64,000 nt of DNA from Candidatus Enterocola sp. GTDB taxonomy: Bacteria > Bacteroidota > Bacteroidia > Bacteroidales > Paludibacteraceae. The notes beneath the pieces were generated by a model. The model was given only the letters and a program-made list of their open reading frames with translations. It was not told the origin of the DNA and ran no database searches. The position numbers and the translations under genes are program-made. The stretch is from contig JAZQZN010000003.1 of NCBI GenBank assembly GCA_045634045.1, forward strand, positions 2,444-66,443, written 5' to 3'. Below, piece after piece: positions 35,821-47,300 of the stretch (its first letter is position 1; every line of letters starts with the position of its first letter).

Positions 35821-38800
35821 ATGAAAAGATTTTATAACAATACATTAATAAGTGGGGCTTTCAGTAAAGCCCTACGAGTTATAGCCTTACTTTGCGTTCT
35901 ATTGGGCGTAAGCAGTAGTGCGTGGGGGGTAACATATTATATTGATGCAAGTTGTATATCAGGTGTACAACAAATTAGTTGGTTACAATATCAAAATGGT
36001 GGTGGAGATCTTATTTCTCAAAATACAAATTTTGATGGAAAAACTGCATTTCAGTTTACTGCTGATGCGGGTAAAACATTAAAATTACAACTTAAGATTG
36101 TGTCTGGGAATAGCACAACCTACCCAAATGAATATGACATTAATTTAACAGGGAATAATAACTGTATTGAGTTAGAATTAAACAACGGCCAATTAAGTTA
36201 TACACAAAAAGTATATAGTAGCTTAAAATGTGCTGGAGCTTGTACTCCTTCTGCTACCATAACAGGTGCTTCTTTATCTGCAGATAAAAAAACTATTACT
36301 TTATCGGGTAGTTTGACCACCGTTTGTAGTGCCACAGACACATATTATGGTTGGCAATATTGTACAGACGGCAAATCTTGGTCTGAATCTAATTACGTAG
36401 CAGGGGCACCTAATAACGCACATCATTCCCCTACGCCAGTTAACGATTACAGCAATACATGGGCAGGTCCTTCAGGTGGTCTAGTTCCTGGTACAACCTA
36501 TTATTTTAGAGCCTATGCATATGTAGATGGCACATTCTATTCAGATAACAATACCCGTTCAGTTACTATCCCATCTTCTGGTAGTGGCGATGTAAATTGT
36601 AGCAATATAGTTTATTTGGATCCTAATAATATTTGGAATAAAGATGGTGCTTGGTTTGCAGCACGTTTTTGGAATGATGCAGGAGATAAGTGGGTAGAGA
36701 TGAAAGCAACATCTTGCGGAAACATTTACTATGCTGAAATTCCTGATGGATATGTTAAAGTTATCTTTGTGAGAATGAATCCAAACAATTCTCTTGCTGA
36801 TGGATGGAATGGGAGATGGAACCAAACAGTTGATTTGACAGTTGATAATCAACTTTTTACTATTACAGGGGGACAAGACAACTCATATACAGGTTCATGG
36901 GGGACAACAGATTGTACCGAAGGTTGTACTCAGACAGATGTTGCAACCAACGTGCTACTTTCTCGCGAAGCCATTGTAAACAAATCCGTTAAAACCGCAC
37001 AACTTTTTGGTTACCTAAAAGCTACAAATTGTAATAGATATACCATTTATGGTTTCTACTATTGCATGGTAAACGATGGTGAAGCTCCTTGTATCCCATC
37101 TACTAGTAGCGATAGCTTAGCGGTTAGTAGCACTGAACAATTGCCACGTGGCAAAGAATTTACTGCAACAGCAAAAGATTTACAAGACGGCAAGACCTAC
37201 TACTATCGTGCTTACGCAACGAGTGATAAGGGTACAATCTTATCAGAAGAAATTCGCTCATTTAGCACCGACCCTTGTATCCCTCAATACGGTGGTTTGT
37301 CTGATAAATACAATGGTAAACCTATTGTATATACCATCAATGCCGACCCTGCATTTGCAGCAAACGACTGTAAATTGCACTTTAACTCATTGCAAGCTGC
37401 TATCGACCACCTAAAAGCAACCCATACAAGAGATGATGACTTTAAGTATGTAACTTTGAGTAATGGTTCTTATAATTTGAATCAACCAGTAGAAATGCGA
37501 GTAGTTTACTACGATGATACCCCAGATGATAATACTAAAACTTATATCTATAGAGGTAAAGAGATAGGTGTAAACGAATCTTTTGTCTATGCTGGTGACG
37601 ACAAACCTGCAAATGCCAATCTGATTCAGGATTTTAATAAATCAGGAGCAGATGCCAAAAATACACTATCTATTAAAGCAGGTAGCGATAAAGCAAAACC
37701 TTGGGTTCACCACATTGTAATACGTAATAGTAAGAACATACTATTAGACTCTCTATGTATTTATTCTGATCCAAAAGATTATGATGCAACAAAAGATGGT
37801 AATCAACTAAAAAGTGATAACGCTTTAGAAATAGACATCAATACAACCAAATGGAATATGGTTGAAGTGCAAAGCGATTGCAATTCGTATACAAGATCAG
37901 ATAATGATGGTACCTTTACATTTACCAACATGTGCGATGCTAATATTGTGATACAAAACTGTATGATTGGTTCTGCTGGTTTTACAGGATTGCACCTATC
38001 TGCATACGATGGTATTACCTTTAAAAACAATGAATTTGAAGCCATATTTAGTGCTCAAGCAGATAATGTGAAGCATAGAAATATGATTAATTATGGTGCT
38101 TCAGCTAAATTTATTGCATGTAAAAACATTAAGTTTATTCAAAATAACTTCCGTGGCTCGCACCCTACACTAATGTGGTTGCAAGAGTGTCAGAATGTAC
38201 TTATTATGAATAATGTATTCTGGTACACCAATGAATTAGACAAGAAAAATGGATCTGATGCCAATGCGGATACACCTGACAATGCTGCATTGCGACTTGT
38301 ACACCAATTTGGTGCAAAAGATAGTGTAGAAAACGTTGCTGCTTATTATAATACATTCTATGTAGCAGAAACCGATGTAAAAGATAAGTACAACTTCTTG
38401 TATTTTTCTAATACAGTTAATAATAATAGTTCATCGAATGGGAAATTTAAAATTAGTACTATTTATTTCAAATATAACAATTGTTATAGCTACGATTCTG
38501 GAGTTCCAGGAAGATCTAATAGTAATAAGACTATTAAGGATAATACTAGAGAAACCAGTGCCACAATTAACGAACCTTTCTTAGGTAAGGACGTAGCGAC
38601 AGACAATTTCTGTCCTAACAACTTCTGGAGTCAATATGACGAGGATAAAGGAAACGAGACTTCTGCCTTTGCATTTGGCTGTACAGATAATGAATTTATA
38701 AACGTTAAAAGCCAAGTATGTTCTACTACAGCATCTGGTCCAGCTTCATTAATAGTAAAAAGTAAAGGTATGGACTATGGTGATAAACCTGATATTAGCA

Positions 38801-40644
38801 CAACTGGTATTACACTAGAACCTAATGAACAATATGCAGACCGCTATATAATAGGTGCACGTCCTGCAAATGGTGAAAAATGGACTTATGGTGCTTACCA
38901 AAGCAAAGGTAATATTGATACCAAAGTTATCTATTGGGTTGGTGTTTCTAGTGATTGGGATGACCGCAACAACTGGGAATATGAAACAGAGGTTGATGGT
39001 AAAATGGTTCGTCAACGTGTATCTTGTGTAAACAACTTATCTGAAGATTTGAAAGTCGTTGTAGAAGAAATTGGTACAGTAGAAATAGAAGACGGTAGAA
39101 AATGGCCACAAATTCCTGCAAGCTTTACAGAAAATAGAACCAATAGCGAATACGATGAACACGTATCAGCTGGTTTAGGTACAGGAAACACTCCAACTAA
39201 ATTTGCTAGCACTATCGAACTAGAATACGGTGCCGGTATTAAGGGCGTAGAAAACCTAAGAGAAGCAGATGGTACCTTACGTTACGACCGCGCTATTACT
39301 CACTTTGATGCACCTCGCGATAAGTGGTTGCTAGTAGGTACTGTAGTTAAACCTTTTGAGGACGAAAAAACTGGCACAACCCGTAACATTATATCGCGCG
39401 ACTACTACATGGATTTCTTGCCACAAGTGTATATGCGCCAAACCGTAGTTGACGGAGACCAGATTTCTTGGACCAAAACATTCCCCAATTTGGATACCGA
39501 AGTACTATCAACTACCGTGTTTGCTATTAATGCAGTAAATAAATACGGTCCTTCGTTCCAAGAAGCAGTAGACTACAATGTGGCTAATGGCACTAACTAC
39601 GATGGCACCGCTCCAATTCCTTATACATTTACTGGACGTTTTGCGGTAGAAGAAGAGCGAGATGATGCCGAAGAATTGTATGCATTTACTATAGAAAATG
39701 GTAAAAACTTACTAAACAACAACTATCCATGTAACTTAGATGCAAAAGCATTAGAAGAAAAATATGGTGCTGTTAATGTCTACGACTATGTAAATGGAGC
39801 ATTTGTAAGTACTACTGCAAATTCAGTAGATGGTAATGTTTACATCAAAGCGCAAAATGGTTTTGTGTTTACTCCTAAAAATGGTCAATTAAAAATAGAG
39901 CCAAGTTTCTTGGTAGAAGGTTCTACTCGTACCCGTTCTGTAGAACGCGAGTTGCCTACCTTCTCGTTAAATGTAGATAATGCCAATACTACCCAACCTG
40001 GTGCAAGTAATGTGGTAATTAGATACGACCAAGAGCAAGAAGCCTTCTTTGAGGCGCCACTTAACACACCTAAGGTATTTACCAAGAACCTATACACTCC
40101 AGAGGTGTACATCATTAACAACGATGCATTCTACTCTCGTTTGTATGTAGGTAATGGTGTTACACAAGTACCACTTGGACTTCGTTTACTAAGAGCCATG
40201 AACGTAACCTTCCAAAAAGTGTACAACGAACAATTTACCACCATGATATTGGTAGATACTAAGACTGGAAAAGAATACGACTTGTTAGCAAGAGATTACA
40301 CCACCGAAAAGTTAGCTAAGGATACAATCGATGCTCGTTTCTACTTGAAGTTTGCTGTTGAAGAACAAGACGATTTCCAAGAGGATGACGACTTTGTAAC
40401 GGATATTACCGATGTAACGGATGCTTCTATCAACATTTATGCTGTTGACCAACAAATCATCAAGGTAATTGCAAATGATGTTGAACTACAAACCATTTAT
40501 GTGAATGATATGACAGGACGCATGACGCGCTACGATGCAAGTGGCTCGTATGCAGAATTGAAATTGCCTGTTGCACAAGGTGTTTACTTAGTACATGTAA
40601 TTGGTGATAAAGCAACAAGAACAGAAAAGGTGATTGTAAAATAA
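35821..40644 (+). CDS. giant T9SS-secreted beta-helix protein (module B, component 2)
   Basis: 1607 aa. The signal peptide matches the 1707-aa paralog at 31 of the first 36 positions. The conserved core starts at ~37320 (HHIVIRNSKNILLDSL, NIVIQNCMIGSAGFTGLHLSAYDGITFKNNEFE, WDDRNNWEY). T9SS tail: LQTIYVNDMTGRMTRYDASGSYAELKLPVAQGVYLVHVIGDKATRTEKVIVK. Confidence 0.85.
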   Translation: MKRFYNNTLISGAFSKALRVIALLCVLLGVSSSAWGVTYYIDASCISGVQQISWLQYQNGGGDLISQNTNFDGKTAFQFTADAGKTLKLQLKIVSGNSTTYPNEYDINLTGNNNCIELELNNGQLSYTQKVYSSLKCAGACTPSATITGASLSADKKTITLSGSLTTVCSATDTYYGWQYCTDGKSWSESNYVAGAPNNAHHSPTPVNDYSNTWAGPSGGLVPGTTYYFRAYAYVDGTFYSDNNTRSVTIPSSGSGDVNCSNIVYLDPNNIWNKDGAWFAARFWNDAGDKWVEMKATSCGNIYYAEIPDGYVKVIFVRMNPNNSLADGWNGRWNQTVDLTVDNQLFTITGGQDNSYTGSWGTTDCTEGCTQTDVATNVLLSREAIVNKSVKTAQLFGYLKATNCNRYTIYGFYYCMVNDGEAPCIPSTSSDSLAVSSTEQLPRGKEFTATAKDLQDGKTYYYRAYATSDKGTILSEEIRSFSTDPCIPQYGGLSDKYNGKPIVYTINADPAFAANDCKLHFNSLQAAIDHLKATHTRDDDFKYVTLSNGSYNLNQPVEMRVVYYDDTPDDNTKTYIYRGKEIGVNESFVYAGDDKPANANLIQDFNKSGADAKNTLSIKAGSDKAKPWVHHIVIRNSKNILLDSLCIYSDPKDYDATKDGNQLKSDNALEIDINTTKWNMVEVQSDCNSYTRSDNDGTFTFTNMCDANIVIQNCMIGSAGFTGLHLSAYDGITFKNNEFEAIFSAQADNVKHRNMINYGASAKFIACKNIKFIQNNFRGSHPTLMWLQECQNVLIMNNVFWYTNELDKKNGSDANADTPDNAALRLVHQFGAKDSVENVAAYYNTFYVAETDVKDKYNFLYFSNTVNNNSSSNGKFKISTIYFKYNNCYSYDSGVPGRSNSNKTIKDNTRETSATINEPFLGKDVATDNFCPNNFWSQYDEDKGNETSAFAFGCTDNEFINVKSQVCSTTASGPASLIVKSKGMDYGDKPDISTTGITLEPNEQYADRYIIGARPANGEKWTYGAYQSKGNIDTKVIYWVGVSSDWDDRNNWEYETEVDGKMVRQRVSCVNNLSEDLKVVVEEIGTVEIEDGRKWPQIPASFTENRTNSEYDEHVSAGLGTGNTPTKFASTIELEYGAGIKGVENLREADGTLRYDRAITHFDAPRDKWLLVGTVVKPFEDEKTGTTRNIISRDYYMDFLPQVYMRQTVVDGDQISWTKTFPNLDTEVLSTTVFAINAVNKYGPSFQEAVDYNVANGTNYDGTAPIPYTFTGRFAVEEERDDAEELYAFTIENGKNLLNNNYPCNLDAKALEEKYGAVNVYDYVNGAFVSTTANSVDGNVYIKAQNGFVFTPKNGQLKIEPSFLVEGSTRTRSVERELPTFSLNVDNANTTQPGASNVVIRYDQEQEAFFEAPLNTPKVFTKNLYTPEVYIINNDAFYSRLYVGNGVTQVPLGLRLLRAMNVTFQKVYNEQFTTMILVDTKTGKEYDLLARDYTTEKLAKDTIDARFYLKFAVEEQDDFQEDDDFVTDITDVTDASINIYAVDQQIIKVIANDVELQTIYVNDMTGRMTRYDASGSYAELKLPVAQGVYLVHVIGDKATRTEKVIVK

Positions 40645-40718
40645 ATGGTTATACGGTGATGCGGTGATTTGGTGAGTTTAGCTTCAGTTCACCGAATAAC
40701 CAAATCACCAAATAACCA

Positions 40719-40735
40719 AAATTTCGAAGAAATTT
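40719..40735 (+). promoter_or_regulatory. conserved hairpin just upstream of the small Cys-rich gene
   Basis: AAATTTC-GAA-GAAATTT, 5 nt from the ATG at 40741. Counterpart of 18299-18315. Confidence 0.4.
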
Positions 40736-40740
40736 TAGAT

Positions 40741-41163
40741 ATGAAAAAACAAATTTTATTAGTGTTGATGATAATGTGCGCAACTTGCGCCATGGCAGTG
40801 AGTTTGCCCTCTAACTCATATAATAGTTATGCGGGTACGGTAGCTAGCAGCGATGGTTATACCCTTGGACGTGGAACTACATTTGTAAACCGAGCTACCG
40901 TAGGAGCTTATACTGGAGAGTGTGGTAGTTTAGAAGATGATTGGGCAGGTGATTCCGATTTGTGCGCTACAGAATGTTGTGATGTAAGCTATCCAAGTAG
41001 CGACCAAAGCGAAGCCAACTTAGCAGCTCGTCGTGCTTGCTACTTGGCATGTGGTTTGCCTTTGGGTGAAACTCCCCTCGACGCCCCTGTTTACTGCCTA
41101 ATGCTTATGGTTGCTGCCTACGGTGCGGTTGTTGTGTATCGCCGCAAAACAGCCTCTGTATAA
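40741..41163 (+). CDS. small secreted Cys-rich protein with C-terminal PLDAP + TM + basic tail (module B, component 3)
   Basis: ORF 40669..41163, trimmed to MKKQILLVLMIMCATCAMA. 140 aa. CATECC core. C-terminus: ETPLDAPVYCLMLMVAAYGAVVVYRRKTASV. Confidence 0.8.
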   Translation: MKKQILLVLMIMCATCAMAVSLPSNSYNSYAGTVASSDGYTLGRGTTFVNRATVGAYTGECGSLEDDWAGDSDLCATECCDVSYPSSDQSEANLAARRACYLACGLPLGETPLDAPVYCLMLMVAAYGAVVVYRRKTASV

Positions 41164-41194
41164 CTTTCATAATAACCATTTTTAGTGTGGTAAA

Positions 41195-41230
41195 TCAAGC
41201 CCCTGTCAGTACAAACTGACAGGGGCTTGA
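41195..41230 (+). terminator. strong hairpin terminator ending module copy B
   Basis: TCAAGCCCCTGTCAGT-ACAA-ACTGACAGGGGCTTGA (16-bp stem), followed by T-rich sequence. Confidence 0.8.
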
Positions 41231-41337
41231 TGTGTTGTTATAGTATATCCATTCGCTTAAAGGATGCATGAGGGCAGCGGAGAAGCTGATTTTATACTTT
41301 TTTTAGCAAACGTATGCAATTATCGGAAAAAAATGCG

Positions 41338-41345
41338 TACATTTG
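41338..41345 (+). promoter_or_regulatory. -7 promoter box TACATTTG for module copy C
   Basis: Matches TAnnTTTG, 35 nt upstream of the ATG at 41381 and downstream of the copy-B terminator. Confidence 0.45.
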
Positions 41346-41380
41346 GGCAGTTACTTTGTAAAATCTTAAAAATCAATAGT

Positions 41381-44300
41381 ATGAAGTCATTTCTACGCTT
41401 CTCTTCTGTTTTGTCCGCCTCGTCGGTAAAACGTTTTATCTTTTTGTTTTTCACCTTATTTGCTTTAAGCATTCCAACGTGGGGTGCAAATATTACAGCT
41501 GGCGCTAAAATTTATCTTGACATTTCTGGACATGCCAAAATGCAAGAAAGTGTAAAAGATGGCAAAAAGTTGCAAGTAATGGCAGGACATAGCACTTACT
41601 CTATTTGTTATGAAATGAAGCAAGAAGGTACTTGTTCTAACCTATATGTGGTAACCATGCCTAAATGGGACGGATGTACACAACTTGCCTTTATTACAGC
41701 AGATGCTATTTGGGGTGGAGAAGGAAATGGAAGTAGTTCCTCTCCACAAAATCGTAGTCAATGGGGATTAACAAGTTCTGGTTATGTTGGAAGTGCATCT
41801 ATTAGTACTATGGGTTCTACCGCTAAGCATCTTTATAAGACAACTGCAACAGGTTCTAACGCAACTGGAACATTAACGCGAGTAAGTGAATCCTTTTCTA
41901 CAACCTCATACAAGGTAACCACTTCTGCAACTAATGGTAGCATAACAGTTAAAAACGCTTGCGGAACAGCAATAACATCAGGGTCCTCTGTTACCTATTC
42001 AACAATCATTCAAGTTAGCACCGAAGCAGCTGCAGGTTACGAACTAGAAAGCGTAAAAATTGGTAGCACTACCTACACTGCTGATCAGTTTACACCAGGG
42101 CAAGAATATACCGTTACCGCGGCAACTACCATTTCGGCTACGTTTAAGGCAACGAGCTGTACAGAGGCTCCTACTGTAACAAATGGAACCACATCTCCAA
42201 CCTCAACAGAAACTAACATTACCGCATACGGAAAGGTAACTGCTTTGGGTACAAACTGTACCTTGTCTGAAACTGGGGTTAAATTGTATAGCGATGCCAA
42301 CTGCACAACTGAGGTGGCTACCATTAGCTCTTCGCCTACAAGTAGTTTAAATACCGAATACAGCGTAGAATTTACCGACCTATCGCCTAGTACCAAATAC
42401 TATGCTAAGGCCTATGCTATAACGACCAGTGGAATAACGGGCAATGCTAGCGATGCCATAGAAATTAGAACTGCCGACCCCTGTTTAGCGACTGGCAAAA
42501 CCATCTACCTAAAACCAAATGACAATTGGAAGCAAGCAGGCGCATACTTTGCGGCTTATTTCTTTATTGGCGATTCAAATACATGGGTAAAACTAACTCC
42601 TGTAGCAACAGATCCAACTGTTTATGAATGTATTGTGCCAGAAGGAGGATATAATACGCTTATTTTTACACGAATGAACCCTGATAAAGAAGGGCTAAAT
42701 TGGGATAATAAATGGGCGCAAACTGCCGATCTAAGTGGCAACTGTGATGCTAATTTGTTTACTATTCCAAATGGTGACTGGGAAGGTTCTGCTGATGCGG
42801 GCAACTGGACGCAATATACACCTCCTGTTTGCGACGAAACCAACCCCTGCATAGTGCCTGGTAGCACCTTTTATTTGCAACCCAACGCTAATTGGAAAGC
42901 AGATGGCGCTCGTTTTGCAGCCTATTTCTTTAATAACTGCGAAAACACCTGGGTAAGCCTAACCGATGCAAATAAAGACGGCATTTACGAGTGCACCGTG
43001 CCAGAGGGCAAATGGATGAATTTAATTTTCTGTCGCATGAATGGCACTAAAGCCGAAAATAACTGGGATAATGCATGGAACCAAACTGCAAACTTAAATG
43101 CATCGTGTGGATACGACTTGTTTGTGATGCCAGAAACTGTTTGGAACGGTGCAGACGATAGCAACTGGACTTATCAAATTCCAGATGTTCAAGGCGCTTA
43201 CATTGCGGCTACTCGAAACATCACCACGGTTTGCACCAACGACCTTTCGCGTTTTGCCTCGCTTTATGTTCACCAAACAGGCGAGGAAGATGCCGAAAAC
43301 GAGGGCTACGAGGTGGATGCATACCAATGGAAATACAGCACCAATGGTACATCGTGGAGTAACTACACTCCCGATGCCGCAACAGAATACGGCGTAAAAG
43401 GCAAAAACAACAACATTCGTACCTACCAAACGGGTTACTATCGTTGCGATATTACCTTGAGCAATGGCTCAGACACCAAGGTATTGCAATCGAACGTAAT
43501 TGAGTTAACACAGGCTGCCAATTGTGGTGCAAGTATTACCGATAAGGGAGATGATTTCCCTGTTTTCTACATTACTACTACTCAAAACTTCCCCACCTGT
43601 AGCAAAGATTACAACAGCCAATGTGGCGAAGATATGAAAGCCAAACGCACTGTTGATGTTAAGATGTATAATAAAGGTGCTTTGTGCTACGACCGCAAAG
43701 CGCGCATGAACATCAGGGGTTCGTCGAGCTTGAACTTTGATAAAAAATCGTACGCATTTGTAGGCGGTAAAGCCGATGCCAAAGTGGGCGGCGATGTTAA
43801 AACCGACAAACTTGGCTTCTTTGGACTGCCCGAACACAAAGATTGGGTGCTTTATGCGGCCTACGCCGATGCCAGCATGTTGCGTAATGTAATGGCCATG
43901 AAAGCCTACGCTACCATGACGGGTATGTGGAGTTGCCACACCCAACATGTAAAAGTGTACATGGACGGTAAATTTGCTGGGGTGTACGTATTTATGGAAA
44001 AACCTACCTACGGCAAAGGCCGTGTAATGGTAGACGAAAATAACGGTTACCTATTTGGCTTTGATAAAACATCGGTTGACGACCGTTTCGAAAGCCAAGA
44101 CAACAGCATCGATGCTAAAAAATCTACCTTCTTGAGTATGTACTCGGGTAGAAACGATATAGAAAGTTACGGTACACAATTTGACCAACGCTTTGAAATT
44201 GAATACCCCGAGCGTGAAAAAGTAGCGTTCGATGACGACGAAAACTTGGTGAACGAACAAGCTTGGACCGACAAGGTAAACAAACTAAAAGCACGTATCA

Positions 44301-47300
44301 ACGAATTTGAAGAGGCGCTATCGACAAAAGCTTACGGCCAAGTGCGTACCCTTATTGATTACCAAACATGGGCAGACTGGTTCATCCTTAACGAGTTCTG
44401 CAAAAACTTGGACGGTTTCCGTGCTTCTAACTGGTTTATTATTGAAAACGAAGGGGCAACCATCAAGGCATCGCCCATTTGGGACTTTGAACTATCGTTT
44501 GCCAACAAGGCATCTCAATCTACCATGGGCGAAAGCCCAGATGGTTGGTTGCACGAACATGAAGATATGCACACCGACGGATTCCCTATTCCATTCTGGT
44601 TCAACGGTATTGGTGCTACCAATGCCAATACAGGCGACAAAGATGGCGGTTGGACCATTAACCAAAGCGTTGACTTTGGTGGTTTGCTAAAAGACCCCTG
44701 CTTTAAGCAAATGCTAAAAGACCGTTGGGCGATTCATACCGCAGCAAATGGTGGTATTACCGAGCTAATTGAGTGGGTAACCACCGAAAGCAACATCGAT
44801 AATATGGCAGACCTCTTGGATCTTGAAGAAGAGCGTTGGCCTGCAGCAAGCCGCAGCAAAAATGCCAATGGCAAAGAAAATGGTTACGATCCACAAAGCA
44901 ATTGGGAAACCCAAGTAAGCGAGATTCAAGCCTATGTACAAGAGCGCAAAAACAAAATGGATGCTCTTATTGAAGGCCTAACCGTAGGTTACAGACAAAC
45001 CTTAGTAAAAGATGCCAAACCATCCGATTGGAAAACGCTAACACCTGCCAATGAGGATGGGGTAGATGTTTACACCTTCGACGAAGGCCGTGAAAAAATT
45101 ACTTTCGTAACCTACATGAAAGAAACCAACGATCCTGACGGAAAAGATTTGGCAGGTGGTATGCAAGCAGCCGACATGTGGAAATTCTATGCATCGACCG
45201 AAGATTTAACTGCAGAACAGTTGGATGCGTTGGATGCTTCTGTATGGAAATTGTTTGCAAAAAGCAATACTCCAGAGCTTCCTGCATTGGGTCAAGCAGA
45301 ATGTGGTTACTACTTTGTAGAAGGTGCGTTGTGTGCCACCAATATGAAATCGCAATACATCCGCATTAAGGTAACTCCAACCTGCGAACAAGGCGATTGC
45401 ACCAACAACTACTACCGTATTAAGCTAACAGATACCCAAACAGGTAATGTAATTTACACTCCTTCTATTAAAGGGGTAGATGGAACGGCAACATCTGTAA
45501 TTACCATTCCTTGCCAAGGCGAGTTTGACTGTGTGGTAGAAACCAAAAAAGGTGCCGTTTATTGGACCGAAATAGAAGGCAGTAAATATTTCCTATCTTC
45601 TGCTGAATCCAGAGGTGCAACTACCTTAAAAGTAGAGCTATTGAACTGCACTTCTACGGGTGCTACTGATGCCGTGAAGGTTAGATTTACAGAACAAACC
45701 GAGGGCGTTACCTCATACTACCAAATTGCTTTCTACTACGGTGGCGAGCTATTGGCAGGCATTAACTCGCTGGATGGCGAAACTGGTATTACCAACGGCC
45801 AAAACAAAGTATTGGAAGGTTTGCATTTCCCTGTAGGTACTACCTATGTTATTTACCGTCGCGATAACAACAAAGCATACGATGCGTTGTACAGCTGCTT
45901 GGTAGGCCAAAATTATGTAGCAGACACCTATACTGGATTGAATAGCAACCAATCGGTAACCGCCACCTTTAGCGTAAGCGAAATAGGCGAGCTAAACGTT
46001 AGCTACGAGGTTGTTACCCAAGAGCCTAATTACTGGATTTCTACCCCATTTGCGGGCCATACAGGATTTGAAGGTGGCGAACAAAACAAACAACACAAAT
46101 CGGACGGCAAAGACAATAACACCATGTTTGCCGTTGAATGCCAAGGTGTACAAGGTGGAGCGCAAGGCGACTTCTACTTGTACAAGTACATGGAAAAAAA
46201 ACCTAGCTGGAGTGGCAACTTAGCCCAAGCTGGCGTAAAAGACGGCAATAACGATAATGTAGAAGTAGCCACCAATGCCGATGAGTACGGTTTCCACGGT
46301 GGAGACGATATGCACAGCGTATGGGTACGTTGGTTGTTCGATTCGAGCCAAGGTGCATTGCACGTACACCATGTACACAACCTGCATTTGGAATGCAAAA
46401 ACTTTGATAATACCATTACCCGTGTAGCACCTACCACTAGCGATGCAGCAACAGGTATGCTTACCTTTGAGGTGGCAGACCTTACCAACGTGGCAAGCTA
46501 CCGCATTGTGGCAGATCATCCTCACGGCAATGGAGCATTTGAGGTACAACCCTGGGGCGCTGATTACCATAAAGTAGTTACCAACATCGGTAGTGCTACT
46601 TTTACCTATAACTACGCGCAAAACTGCATGACGGTAGTTTATTCGGACATTGTTTCGCTGACTATTCCTTGCCAGCAAGCAGGCGTTAGCATCAATGCCG
46701 AAGGCAAAGTAGAAGTAATAGTGGCAAACATGGGTACATTGGAAGCTATTGAGGGCTCTTACACCGTAGTGGTAACCAACCATACCACCAAGCTAACCAT
46801 GCGTGGTACTGGTGAGGACAATGTAGGCAAATTACTACCTGCTGGCGAGCAAGAAGTATTTACATCAACCGAAAAGATTACAGGTAGCTACTATATTACT
46901 GCTTCGCTTTACTACGGTACTACCTTGTTGAATACTTGCTCATTGCAAGATTTGAACTGCGAATATACCGTTATAGATACCGTAAGATACGTGGTGGATG
47001 CCAATTTGGGATTGGAATACCAAGACCCCTGCTCACTTACCTTTGGATCGCTCGAAAATGCCTTGAAACACCTAAAAGGAACACCTAAGTTTGTAAAAGG
47101 TGGTAGCTTGATTTACCCCGTGGTAATGGAGGTTGCTTACAGCAAAACCACCTACCAAGGTACACGCAAAGCAGGCGTATCGGGCGGTGGCACCGAATCG
47201 GAAAATGCAATGGCGCTGATCATCGAAAACTTTAACCAAATAGATGCTACCCATCCACTTATTATTCGTGCAGCTAATCCAAAATCTGCTCCATGGGTAC

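Noticed and set aside
41264-41380. Upstream in-frame ATGs (41264, 41333) that would give a 2930-aa product.
   Set aside because: The region lies just after the copy-B terminator and contains the TACATTTG -7 box. MKSFLRFSS... at 41381 begins a normal signal peptide, so the 5' extension is probably untranslated.
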